A stretch of 63,377 nt of DNA, counting the filler, from Phoronis australis (Eukaryota > Animalia > Phoronida): NCBI GenBank assembly GCA_002633005.1. It is 7 parts of 7 records of this genome, joined end to end, with 100 filler letters (N's around TTAATTAATTAA, not from the genome) between each part and the next. Parts side by side here need not be neighbours in the genome. Positions count along the whole stretch, not along the records: positions 1 to 3,922 come from NMRA01002773.1; positions 4,023 to 20,620 come from NMRA01001507.1; 5 more parts are not named here. One strand, given 5' to 3'. Below, piece by piece: positions 1 to 12,020 of this stretch. The notes under the pieces are model-generated. The model did no database searches. It worked only from the letters and a program-made list of their open reading frames with translations, and was not told where the DNA came from. The translations under genes and the position numbers were made by a program. Numbering within the stretch: position 1 is the stretch's first letter; each line of letters opens with the position of its first letter.

Positions 1-626
1 GATTGCGCTATGCCCAATTCTCCGAGGCAACATCTTGGCCCCCCCTTAATTATGGTATACTAGATCCGCCAATGAAAGCAACCTTTAAAAAATAATGTGG
101 AGTTCCTGTTGATGGGCAATAGTGATTATAAATTGAGGTGGTCTATAAAATTGAAACCGAAAGCACATTTTTCTTTGTGGCATGCAGCTTTGAATTCACT
201 TTGACGATTTTTATTGTGGGTCCTCCAGTGTCTTACTATTAAATAAGAATTAACTTTGGTGCGATTTTTGGGGGTTGTGCATATATGGTATACAATGATT
301 TAATTGTTCACAGAACACTTTTTCAAAGTCGGCGGCTTTTTCAAAACTGTCTGTAGATTTCATAACTTGTGTAACTGAATCTTCTGCACAGAAAGTGAAT
401 ATTCTACATTCGACAACTTGCACTGAAGTGTGTAGTTGTGATACAAATTCCTTGATAATAATTTGGATATTTTGTAAAGAAATATTTGTATTTTGCTCAC
501 GTTGTGGCAACAAACCTAATAGGCAAAAATATGCCCCACCCCCTCCCCTTTAGCAATTTTATTATTTTGCCAATTTTGTACTGAATATTGTCAAAAATTA
601 TACTCCATTATCCAAAAGACGTATAT

Positions 627-1029
627 CAAAACGTCACCTTGACTGAACCGTTGGCTTTTGTTTAGCCAGCCTAGCCAGCTGGCTTTGTACCAAGGCTAGC
701 TTTTGTTAAGCCTACGTTACGTCGACTTATGAGGGAATCGCCGTACACGACCTAGTTCTTGAAATGATAGCCAGTTGAAGAAGTGAATATTAGAAATTGC
801 TTAATACATTATCAAACTACATGTAGCAAAACGTCACCTTGACTGAACCGTTGGGTTTTGTTTAGCCAGCCTAGCCAGCGGGCTTTGTACCAAGGCTAGC
901 TTTCGTTAAGCCTACGTTACGTCGACTTATGAGGGAATCGCCGTACACGACCCAGTTCTTGAAATGATAGCCAGTTGAAGAAGTGAATATTAGAAATTGC
1001 TTAATACATTATCAAACTACATGTAGCAA
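627..1029. repeat. 200-bp tandem duplication (2 copies)
   Basis: CAAAACGTCACCTTGACTGAACC...ACATGTAG starts at 627 and again at 827; period exactly 200; 4 substitutions seen. Confidence 0.95.
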
Positions 1030-2082
1030 GAATTTCAAACACAACAGCAACTTTCGTCGATTGACTAGGAAATCGAGTCTGGCGGGGCCTGCTAATGATC
1101 ACTAATTACTGCTTAGTGCTATTGTATTAACAGCAACCGATTCTGCGCGAAGTAAAAACAACAAATAAACATTGTTCTACTAGTTATTAAATAAATACCA
1201 TGTATCCGTACATAAATGAGAGCCCAATTTCGAAGGAAATCGCTGTACAAACGGACGCTATCGACTTTTCCGGTTTTGGTAAACTGTTCAATTTTACCTC
1301 CAATGCTGGAGAGCTTCATAGAATTGCCCAAAATTCTGCGTATTTGGCGGCATTTCACAGGAACTGTGAAAAAACTTCCACAGATTTGACCATGGAATAT
1401 TGTTAATTTACCTTATTTTGGTAGAAAAAAATATCTCACTTTAAATAGTTAGGAACTACTTTCTAATAAAAGCCTTTTGAAATTCCACACTTACTACCCA
1501 TTTCCCTATTGGAATACATGGGAATTTTGGATGTGCTGTAATCCATACAAAAACATTTTTTTGATTTTTAAAATAACTTTTTATTTTATTGTTTGGTATC
1601 CTTAATAAANACCCCATTGACGAAATCCATGAATTTTAACATGCCTCCGCCGACCTCTGCAGGTTTTCTCAGATAATGCCTCTTAAGTTGTTTCAAAGAT
1701 TAAAGAATTTTCCAACATGTTTTAGGAACAAACTTAAGTTATTTAAAGTTAAATTTTTGATAACTTTAAATTTTCAGAACTTAAGATTTTAAGGAACTAC
1801 CGTTTGTAAACTTAAGTTTTCCAAGAGCAACAGATTTTAATATCACAGGCATTAGGAAAAGTCGATTTTCACTATATTAAACAACAGTGTACAATAACAT
1901 ATTTAATGATTTTCATACATCATTTAACGAAAGAGAGTTCTATTAACATATCATTAACAGTAATTGATTGTATTTCCTCAAAATACTCTAGATCCTTACA
2001 ATGTTTGAGCATGCGCGAAATACAAGAACCAAAAAATCCAGACACAGTTCAAGAATCGGTTCATCAAGTGTCATAAATACAG

Positions 2083-2823
2083 CAGTGTTCTCCACGACCT
2101 GTTTTAACTCGACGCTGTAACGAGTTTGGATTTTGCCGCGTCGAGTTTGGGCAAAGCGCGTCGAGTTTGAGCAAAGCGCGTCGAGTTTAAAAATTGCGGC
2201 GCCAGGTTTAAAATTAGACCTTGGCGAGTCCGTCTCATCTCGTGTCAGAAGCCGCCGCTCAGCGGAGGACTTGTCGTCCGTGCGTTGTGGCTTCCTTTTT
2301 AATCCCGTATTAAGTGAAAACAGCCGATCACAGCCCCCTGTTATTAGTAAAGGCTCAATGGTCGGCTGTCGGCAACTTAATTGTATCGAAAGCCAAATTT
2401 AACGGCTTGTTGAGCAACTTAATCGTAACAAAGGCCAAAGCAAACGGCTCGTTAAACCACCCATGGCGACTGTCAAGCAGAACGCGCGTACCCGTTGAGC
2501 TTTCCCAGTCTCAAGCTATTGTTTAACGATGAATAGCTCACTTGGAAGAAATACACCAACAAATGATCAAACATGTCCAAAGAGTAGTATAAATAGTAAA
2601 CAAACAAGCACATGGTCAGTCACAATCCCAGCAATGAAGCGATCACATCAAAGTATTACGTCCTTTTTTAAATCGAAATCAAACAATGTTAATCATGCGC
2701 CCGCTGCAGTGGAAGAAAATCAAGACAGTCCTGCCAAGAAAAGAATGCATCAGAGGCATGAATTTTACGAACCCTGGTTGAAGAAATATGCTTGGTTGCA
2801 GTATGAAGAAGAAGACGGTAAGT
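2083..2823 (+). mobile_element. 5' end of a hAT-type DNA transposon
   Basis: CAGTGTTCTCC terminus at 2083, three subterminal GCGTCGAGTTT repeats (about 2138-2188), then a transposase-like first exon; right end not found in the contig. Confidence 0.6.
2634..2817 (+). CDS. First coding exon of a hAT-type transposase (start of TTF-type zinc finger)
   Basis: MKRSHQSITSFFK...HEFYEPWLKKYAWLQYEEEDG followed by donor G|GTAAGT; ITSFF and F..W...Y.WL.Y are typical of ZNF862-like/hAT N-termini. Confidence 0.6.
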
Positions 2824-3922
2824 AACTATTTTCCGCCCAAAAACGACACCCATTTAAGTGCAATTCTCTTTGGAGGCGCAAACGATCAACTTAGTCCGGT
2901 TTTAACGAAGCAAAAAGTCAGTTCATCTTTGAAATTCGATCCGTCCATACAGCTAGAGTTTTAAAAAGAGGACGGAATTTGCCCGTCTTCGTCCAACTAT
3001 TAACGAAACAAAAATAACACTGTCATTCGAAGAAGATCAAGACGGGCGCTTTTTTCTTCGAAAAATTGCAGATAATCACTTACGATGAAAAGAATTATTG
3101 CCATTTTCTTTCGGAAACCTGTAATCCAGCAATATCAGTTCACACGGGGTAGAATAGCTAATGGTAACATAACGTGTGTTACATTTCACTAGAACCATCG
3201 TCAACACGCTGAATTTGACAAATTTATCGAGTTCATTGCTCTTGTTTACGACCTGGCTACAATCTATCTTTTGGACATATACTTGTCGCGCGCGTTTTTC
3301 GCTTTTATTCGGCAACATGAAAAGCCGCACTCGATTGAGTGTTCGACTGCTTTATAGAAACGTACGGTCGGCACGATTCCACTTCGAACTTTCAATACAT
3401 AATGTTCCGAATTTACCCAGAACAGAATTTTAGTAACTTTTTACCCCGCGTGGCCGAATTTTTGTTACTGCATGTTCACCCGGTTACTGTTAAAAGTTAG
3501 GGCGCTATCGATCCACCATTTTTAATGAAGTAGTTTTTAATTTTGTGGGCTTCGGCCCGCTACGTTACCTTTGAATAACGGGTAAACCTTAGGCTCGTTA
3601 TGAGTCTCACTAAATTACGTGAGTTTCCGACTCGCTCTGTGAAGAGCCCTTTGCATAGGGTTCAGTCAAGTTCCCGTCGGAAACGTGCGTGATCGCCACT
3701 TCATCGACATAGAGCATTGACGAGTACGCGACCGCTCCTTACCCTTCGCGTGTGTAATAAAAGTTTCTTTTACTTGTATACCACCGCATTTGTTGACTTT
3801 AACGTTAAACTGCAAACCATTAGGACTTATTAAACGTGGAAATACGTGACTTGGAAATAAGTACCATAAGTTGACTTAATTTTAGTAACTTGTGAAATAC
3901 AACGTTTCCTTTCTATGCGGAG

Positions 3923-4022
3923 NNNNNNNNNNNNNNNNNNNNNNNNNNNNNNNNNNNNNNNNNNNNTTAATTAATTAANNNNNNNNNNNNNNNNNNNNNN
4001 NNNNNNNNNNNNNNNNNNNNNN
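3923..4022. other. Artificial contig linker
   Basis: 44 N + TTAATTAATTAA (stops in all six frames) + 44 N. Confidence 0.99.
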
Positions 4023-4593
4023 AGTGGTTCTTAGAATGAAGCGTTTACCCCGAAGATATGTTTTACACTATGGAATTTTATTTTGTTTCCGTTTATAAGT
4101 TTACCAGATCTGTGTTCTATATTGTGTTCTTTGTCAGTAGTAATTCATGAAGAGATGTGTGTGTATCTATCTTCGTGTTATTGTTATCTCTTTATTTTAA
4201 AAAATCTTGTTTACGTTACCACTTCGCAGATTATACATGTACATGTGTTTACAATCATGGGCAAAGCAATAAAGACCTTGAGGCACCCAATAAAGTTATT
4301 GTTGGTTTTTGTTAGTAGAAAGTACATGGCTAAATTAATATCAATATCAATTTTAATGACACCGTGCCAAGGTCCCTCAATACTAGATTTGCCAATTTTC
4401 GTTGAAGGATCAGTGCGCATTCCCCGACGTCTGGAGAATCGTCGCTATTACATTTCCTGTTAAGTTTAATCAAAATACGTCTTAAATCTTCGCATTAAAA
4501 CCCTCCGAACAGCTATGATATAACATACTCTGGTCCACTCTCTGATTGCAGGGATGCAATAAATTGATCCACGAATCACACCACTCACATATT

Positions 4594-7224
4594 TGATATG
4601 CCGTAAAATGTAACAATTTCGTAAAATTTAAGAGTTGTTACACTTTCATTGCTACAATTTAAGTTGCTAGGCCTCTCCTAAGATGTAACGATTTGTTACA
4701 TTTTACATAGTTGTTACATTTCACGTCGAACCATTGTTACATTTTACGAAACCCACGTCATATTGCAAAGACACTGACCAAAATCACGAACAATTGGTAT
4801 TTGATACGGCCAGAGGGTACTGTAGTATTTGAATACCTACCCGTTTAGAGTGGGCTCGGACAAAAAAGTGACCCGGTTAGAGACAACTTTGTGTAAAAAT
4901 TGACTTCTGTTCAAGACATAATTTTGCCGAAAATGGCACCATTTTGGAGAGTATTTTTTCTGTGAAAAAACACCCTTTTAGGATGCATTTTTTCGTATAC
5001 CTTCTCTACAGGAATGCCCTCAGAGTTGACATGACATGAATTTGACAACCTATTATTTTTATTAGAATTATATTACTATTACTATTACTGCTATTAGTGC
5101 TACAACTACTGTCACTGCTATTACTAAGTATCGTTTTCGTTATCGTTATTATTGATATTTTTAAATTTATTTATCGAGCACAAAATACATGTTTAGCAAA
5201 GTGCTAATACATCATGGCTCTCAAAGATTTTAAAATCATCTCATTTATGGTTTAATGTTTTCATCGGGTTTTCCATAGTGGACAGCGAGTGCTGTTCCAA
5301 AAGGATTTTAAAGGGGTTCCTATGTTCAGCCTTAACGATATTGTGAGAAATGTCTTGACAGCTGTGGATGCAAAGTAGGGTTACTTTTTGGAACGATGAG
5401 GTTGATATTTAAAATCTTGTTAAGACGTGCACCAACTTCAAAAATTTATTATTTTTGAACTATCGGCAAGCACTGTATTGTTTGTACATAAAACTATATC
5501 CATCTGTAGTTTGCCACGAAGAACTGAATTCAGACCGCAATATTTTCCCCAAGACTTACATCTAAACGTGAGGATACCCATCGTGCAATAAGTTTTGTCT
5601 GTTGTTGGAAACATTCCTTGTCAAAGAACTGGAGCTCGTTCCATGGCCCCCAGTTCAAAAATTACCTTAAGCTGAACTTTGGAGGCAGCCATTTTTTGAG
5701 ACCAAGCGACTAGTCGGCTGCAGTCACCGAGTCATTGGAATAGCTGGTTACGGATATACAAAAAAGGCAACATGTTTATGTAGAACTGGCCCCAATATTC
5801 CCAGAAAAACGCAGCGATTCAACAGAATGATTTGAACTATGTTTCATTGAAAGTGGATAGTATGGAACGAAACCCGCGAACTTCGAAGTCAGCGATGTTT
5901 AATATGAGTATTTAATGCAATGTATCAAAAGGTTAATATACTAAATTATCTTATCAGCCAGCTGTAACACAAAAATGGCACCTCATAACACACGTGACTT
6001 CACGTCCAATAATAGTAGAATGTCCAATCTTTGTCTTTATTTTGATGTACATGTACTTCGAACTAACGAACATTGGCCAAATAGCAATTTTAATTCATAT
6101 TTTATCTTAAAAGATAAGAGAAAGAGAAAGTGCAAGTTTTTTATAGTCCGAGAGGCCAGCTTTTTGGACTATTACCTTAGAACAGGTTTGAGAAAAATGA
6201 TCTAAATATTTTCTATTTCCCGAGCTAGGCATCCCATTTCACGTGTATACGCCACGGTGTGACCTGTTGTTACCACCAGTATTTCAGACAGGCTTGACAT
6301 CATACATGTATGATCAGTGACATTTCTTTCAGCCTTTAAGCTGTATAGCACGTTACTATGCCGCCATATTTATAAACTATTGGCTCGCCCTTTTTTGATG
6401 TTGCTTTGGCAAAATCTGTCAACTTGTCGGCACATACATACGTGCTTTTATTTCCTTCCACCACAATGTCTTTAAGAAATTGTCATTCGTAACTAAGGTG
6501 GTAGACAGAACCCGTCGGCATCAGAAATTTAGGTATTGCTCCTTTTGTGTGGAGCAGGGCAATTACTGCATTGGCGATGTCTCCAAGGCAATAAAACACT
6601 GGCTGAAATAAGCCAAACTATCGTGGACTAAAACTGGTGTTTTTTATCAAACTGGCATCCGAAATTAAATTCTCCATGAAAAAAATTATTGTCGTTTGTT
6701 CCCGAAGAAATACGAAAAATATAAGACAAATACGATGTCACTGTTCTGCTTACCAAGAGAAGTGTGTTTTTGACCTGTGAGCGTCAATCAAAGAACGCTT
6801 TAACAATAAAAAATTGGTACCTGATCCTGGAAACTCCTTTCGCGTTGAGTTGAAACTGTACGCTGTATATCTTCGACTATACCACAAAATTTCTCATGTT
6901 AAAAAACCATGGAAAGCAAGGGACACATCTATAAATTCGCCATGACACATATGTTAGAATTCCATTCATACAGTCCGATAAAGAAGGTGTTAAGTGTGTG
7001 AACGATTTTCCTCCGTGTGATAAATACCACGCAAACTCCTAAAATATGACGTCGCTTTCGTAAAATGTAACAATTGTACACTTCTCGCCTGTGCATTCGA
7101 CGTAAATTGTAACAATTACATTAGATGTAACAACTCGTTATATTTTAGGAGAGGCCTAGCAACGTAAAATGTAACAATGACAGTTGTCTGATTTTACGAA
7201 ATTGTTACATTTTACGACGTATCA
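4594..7224. mobile_element. Non-autonomous TIR DNA transposon (Ginger-like, long repetitive TIRs)
   Basis: About 130-bp imperfect inverted repeats (4594-4730 vs 7097-7224) built of AAAATGTAAC/GTTACATTTT units and sharing GTTGCTAGGCCTCTCCTAA; flanked by direct repeat CATATT (4588-4593, 7225-7230). Superfamily is inference. Confidence 0.8.
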
Positions 7225-7777
7225 CATATTATTCCGGTCGAGACCCATTGGATAACGGTTTATTCCATTGAAAACGCGACACAGTTACACGTAATGATCC
7301 AGATATTGCCACATCTATTAGACTACTGGTGATGAAAGCTCGTGACATTGTCAACCATAGCAAACAGAAAATGACAAATATAATTTAGGTCCGACTGCCG
7401 TGTGTGGAGCATGATAGTCCATAATGCAGGAGAGACTGTCCATGAGACTCAGAATTACATGTACAACAATCGGTTTTAAGATTAATAATGAATAGCTTTC
7501 TATTACTGAGATCTATATCATTCCATCTTGTACATATTTCTTGAAAACGTGACACTTATATGGTTAAGATAAAAGACATCAAAATTTACATCTCCTGATT
7601 AAATTCATTCGCATGAACAATTCACTCCACTGTTGTATGTTTGAAAAATATTTTACTTCAAACTTCTGCTCTTTAATTCAAACAGACTGGAATCTAGGAT
7701 TTTGCCTTTTTGAATTGTTAAATTCGATTGAGTCTTTTGTCAATAGTTTCTTCAGTTTCTATCTTCCTTATCAGGGT

Positions 7778-7839
7778 CTAGTCGTAAAACACGGATGCTA
7801 TTCTTTTGCGAGTATTTGAAAGAGGCTGCCCTGTAGTCA
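7778..7839 (-). CDS. Candidate terminal exon of the secreted protein (V)TTGQPLSNTRKRIASVFYD*
   Basis: Pyrimidine-rich acceptor TTTTTTATATTTCCAG; phase compatible with the 8416 donor; ends at TAG. Confidence 0.4.
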
Positions 7840-8129
7840 CTGGAAATATAAAAAACGTAATAATCATTCAATACTTTACTATTTCTGTTCAGGAACATAC
7901 ACTGTTCGAAGCAACGAAAGTAGATAGAGAGCAATTGAAACCTAAACCGGAAGTATCAAAATATAACCTGAACTGGAAGTATCAAAACGTAAAAAATGGC
8001 TCATCTGGTGGTTCACATAATTAATGGTAAAACAACTTCAACAACTTATAAATAAAGTTTATGTAAGACGTGTACATGTAATATTCCATTGCCAAATTTC
8101 AGTCATATGTGGTGGTGGAAATTTTAAGT

Positions 8130-8222
8130 GACGATGATGGTTGTGAATGTGGTGGTGATGATAACTAGGGTTGTGACGATGATGTTGACGATATTGACCA
8201 TGATGGTGGCTGTGATCCTCAC

Positions 8223-8253
<31 letters not shown>

Positions 8254-8295
8254 TCCATCATCATCATCATTATCATCATCATCATTATCATCATC
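8130..8295. repeat. (ATC)n/(GAT)n trinucleotide microsatellite
   Basis: Near-pure ATC run 8223-8295 preceded by a degenerate GAT/GGT run. Confidence 0.9.
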
Positions 8296-8415
8296 TTCAA
8301 AATTATGACTTGTTGACGTGGAATATGGTAGCTGTATGTGTGTTACATGTACATATATTTAACAAATACACCACAACCTAAAACCATCGCCAAGGAAACG
8401 AAAATGAAATCTTAC

Positions 8416-8641
8416 CTGCGTCACCCGAGTCGGCAAAACCTACGTCATCAGTCACTGCTGTACTTTCTTCGTCAACATTAGTGGATGATGAAGATGATGG
8501 AAACTCATTTTCAGCGCTTTCAGAGACTGATCCTCTCGATTTTGTCGTCGAAGGCTTCGCATATTGCTTTTCAGCATCCCTCTTCAAACTGTTCGCTTGA
8601 ACAATGACGAACAGGGCAATGAAAAGATTTATTCCTTTCAT
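8416..8641 (-). CDS. First exon of an unknown secreted protein/peptide precursor
   Basis: MKGINLFIALFVIVQA signal-peptide-like start, then NSLKR dibasic site and a Ser/acidic-rich region, ending at a strong donor CAG|GTAAGA. Confidence 0.65.
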
Positions 8642-10168
8642 GCTCACAATGTAGAAAAGTTTAAAATTGCGTTGTACTAACTCTTGAGTCCACCTTTCTA
8701 CATAAACTATAAGGAAATGTGCTCAAAACACATCTTTTACGAAATACCAGACTGTTTACCAACCGCTTGAGATATCGATCTGAGGCTCTTATGATAGATT
8801 ATCGTAGATATAAAAATATGTTAACATTCTAAATGCATTAATTCGTATTTGCGCTGATGACAAATCTACGGTTAACGAAACATAAAATGTTCACAAAAAT
8901 CATGTCTAGTAGCATATTTCCTTATATTCAATCATAAGTTTATTCTACACAACGAGGGAGATTAATTATCCTCCGAAATTTGTCAATCGCTCATCAAATT
9001 AACCAACGTGACGGGACAGCTAAATTAAGCGAAAAGCAGAGACGTAGTTCTGACGTTCTATGTCATCGAAACGAATAAGCGACTGAGTACAAATATACAT
9101 AGTCAGATATCATTTTAGATGTAACCAATATTTCACTGCATCATTGGTCACAATATCTTATCGACCTCTTTTCGCGGTTTGAAGTTTTTCGAAAGTTACT
9201 ATTTCACTCAGTTCGGCACCCGACCGACTGCATTGTTTTATTAGATTTCAGTTACAAGATAACAGGCACCGGATGAAAAGCTCACGACTGATACATGTTA
9301 AGAGTCACTGCATGCGAACTTCAGGCAATTTGCTCCAAAAATATAAAATGTCTTTAGTCGTTTTAAATATATAACGAGTAACTAAATCGGGTGAAAAATT
9401 GCCATAACCCATTGTGCGCGACTGTTGAAAATGCCCCGTTTTCATGGGAATTAAACCACTTTTTGATTGAGCGGCGCTCTTCTATTCTTTTTAAAATTGA
9501 GAATGTCAATAATAAATCAGATTGAATTATTTTGATATTTTTAAAGAAATTTTGAATGCCTTGCCTAAACGGGCCAAAACCAGCTAGCCATTTAGACCTA
9601 GTTAGAGGCATATGTAATTCAAGAGTGCAAAATCCGAGTCGCTCATTTAAGCTCTCTTATAGCTACAGCTCTTGTCTTTGAACAATACATCTTTATTTTT
9701 GTGGACTGCACCTTTTTTAATTCTCGAATTTGCACTTCAGTGAAGGCATTGATACCATCTCACCTGTTTCATACAGCCACCGATAGAGGGCGACAGCAGA
9801 AAATATGAAAACATGATCCAAACTGTCAGTGAATTAAAATCAAAAAGATTACATTAAGTTTTATTCAACATACATGTAACCATAATTGGTTTGAACATTC
9901 TTTTAGCGAAATATTGCGTTATTGACATTTAGCTAAGAAAGGGAATGAGTTTCACGAAAATAGGTCACGCTCTGAAGCAAAATGGCGGTAGCCAAAGAGC
10001 TGCTGATTCAATGCTCGTTTTTTGAGGTCACATCGCCTTGTTCCACATTTTCTAAAGTTGTGAATATCGAAAAAGAACGTTTACCTGTGTTAACCTTCAA
10101 AAGAGACATTGTCAAACACCTGGAAAGTGTCACCGCACTAGATCACTTGAGTTGATTGGTAAACCAAG

Positions 10169-11002
10169 AATTGTTCTGAAACCCCCTCGACCCAAGATTC
10201 CCTCTACCTACAACCCCGTCGACTCACGACCCAGAACCCCGTAGACCCAGTCTACACAAGCTCGACTCGATGTGAAGATAGAAGAAATGCTCACTTGTAG
10301 AACCAATGAGTTGGTTAGTGAGCTAGGCTGGCCTTTCCCTGTTTTTTATTTTTTTATTTTTTTTTTAATTAAGGCAGTAGATTCGGCAAGATTGAAAGCA
10401 AATACAGAAAAAAAAACAACACGACCAAATCAAATCAAAGACCTATCAACCTTAAAAATGTCGTTCCCGGCAGAGTGTAACCGTCTAGTCTGCTCTTCAG
10501 TGAATTGCAGAGTGCGGGGAACCGACAAAACCATTATTCCACCAGTAAATTAAATTTGAAAAAAAAACTGTTAACTAAAACGTATTTCAACGTTATATGG
10601 AGCATATTGTAAACTAGTATAAAATATAGAGCAAATAATAAAAATATGAAATCATGCACACTCACGTTGACGTAGTCTCTCCCTAAGTTTATTAGAACAG
10701 TGCCGGTGAAAGCCGCTCTTGGAACTATTTCCGTGACAACGATAGCGCGATCACAATGCGCTATTCAAGACCACCGGCGTTCTCACGCCACTTTCTGTTT
10801 TCAATCACAAGACCGGCCAGAGCAGACTCGCGTGTAGTTATGTCTTATGTGAAAGTCGACCTGCGACGTAATAAGATTATAAAATATGTAAAAAGCGCAG
10901 TTACCTCTATTGCCACAGGTCGTGGGTCGAGGGCGTCGTGTGTCATGAGTGGTGGGGTTGTGGGTCGAGGGGTGTGGGGGTCGATGGGGTTTCAGTACAA
11001 TC
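10169..11002. mobile_element. MITE inserted into the transposase relic
   Basis: ATTGTTCTGAAACCCCCTCGACCC at left is inverted to GGGTCGATGGGGTTTCAGTACAAT at right; subterminal CGACCC/GGGTCG repeats; no clear TSD. Confidence 0.75.
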
Positions 11003-11968
11003 TGCAGTCCGGAACAAATGGGATTGTGGGATATAAAGGCAGGGGCCAGCCTGTCAGAACCAAAGATCGTATGTCCTAAGCACAATGTACTGTTTACTAC
11101 TGAATTTTACTTCAAGCAGGCACTGCCACTATCCAGGTTGTAAGGTGTGCGTTTGCAGCCTCAAGAATGTAATGGGTGTTCACCACTCAATCCCAGGATC
11201 AAGTCAACTGAATGACTTCTCATTTGAGCGTATGGGCAGTATACAACTACATATACTATTTTGATTGTTTCTGCTTTCTAAGAAATCTCACTGTAATTAG
11301 TCATTTAGAGAACCAATTTCAGAGCTGCACGTGGTCTAAAACAAAAGCTAACTTTATGATGGAAAGCCAGGCTGTGTTCATAGACACTAATGAGTTGAAT
11401 ATTCCTTCCCAAGTTGTTTTTTAAAGAAGACTTGTATTGTCATGCTTACGACTAAGTTACCTATTTCAAAAGCAAAATTGGTTGCTTGGAAGGCATATGG
11501 GATTGGAGATGGGATGGTTTTGGAAAATCCTGCTTCTGATTGCAAACCAGTGGAACTAGTGGTTGAGGAATGTCCTGCTGCATCCTCATTGAAACCTTTC
11601 ACCAGTTTCAGCAATCGAAAGACAAAGATGTACCTGTGTCCAGAAGATGACTGTACTAGTAACAGCACTAATGCAACTCGAAAGGAACTCGAGCATCAAG
11701 TTAGCATAGGCTGACATGATAAACAGCCAATACCACCTGAATGTCCTGGCTATGATTTTTTATACATTTATTGCATAGACAATAAGGCAAAGCCAGTCTG
11801 AGGTTGGGCACCTCATATCCGGCTTTAACAAGAGTATATAATATTAAACAATAACAATAAGGCAATAAACTGTAAGTGAAACGGGGGAAGGGGGGAGGGG
11901 AAGGACTTTCACGCGCCATTCATACACACACTCACGCCATGCGGATGTGATGTCTGAAATTATGTGGC

Positions 11969-12020
11969 ATATACATACATACATACATGCATACATACAT
12001 ACGCACATACATACATGTAT
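11969..12020. repeat. (TACA)n microsatellite
   Basis: ATACATACATAC run with few interruptions. Confidence 0.9.

Noticed and set aside
6483-6485. In-frame TGA as selenocysteine
   Set aside because: Lies inside a transposon interior, no SECIS identified; a nonsense mutation is more likely
8128-8316. Plus-strand poly-Ile ORF as a membrane protein
   Set aside because: Reading of the ATC microsatellite with a GTG start
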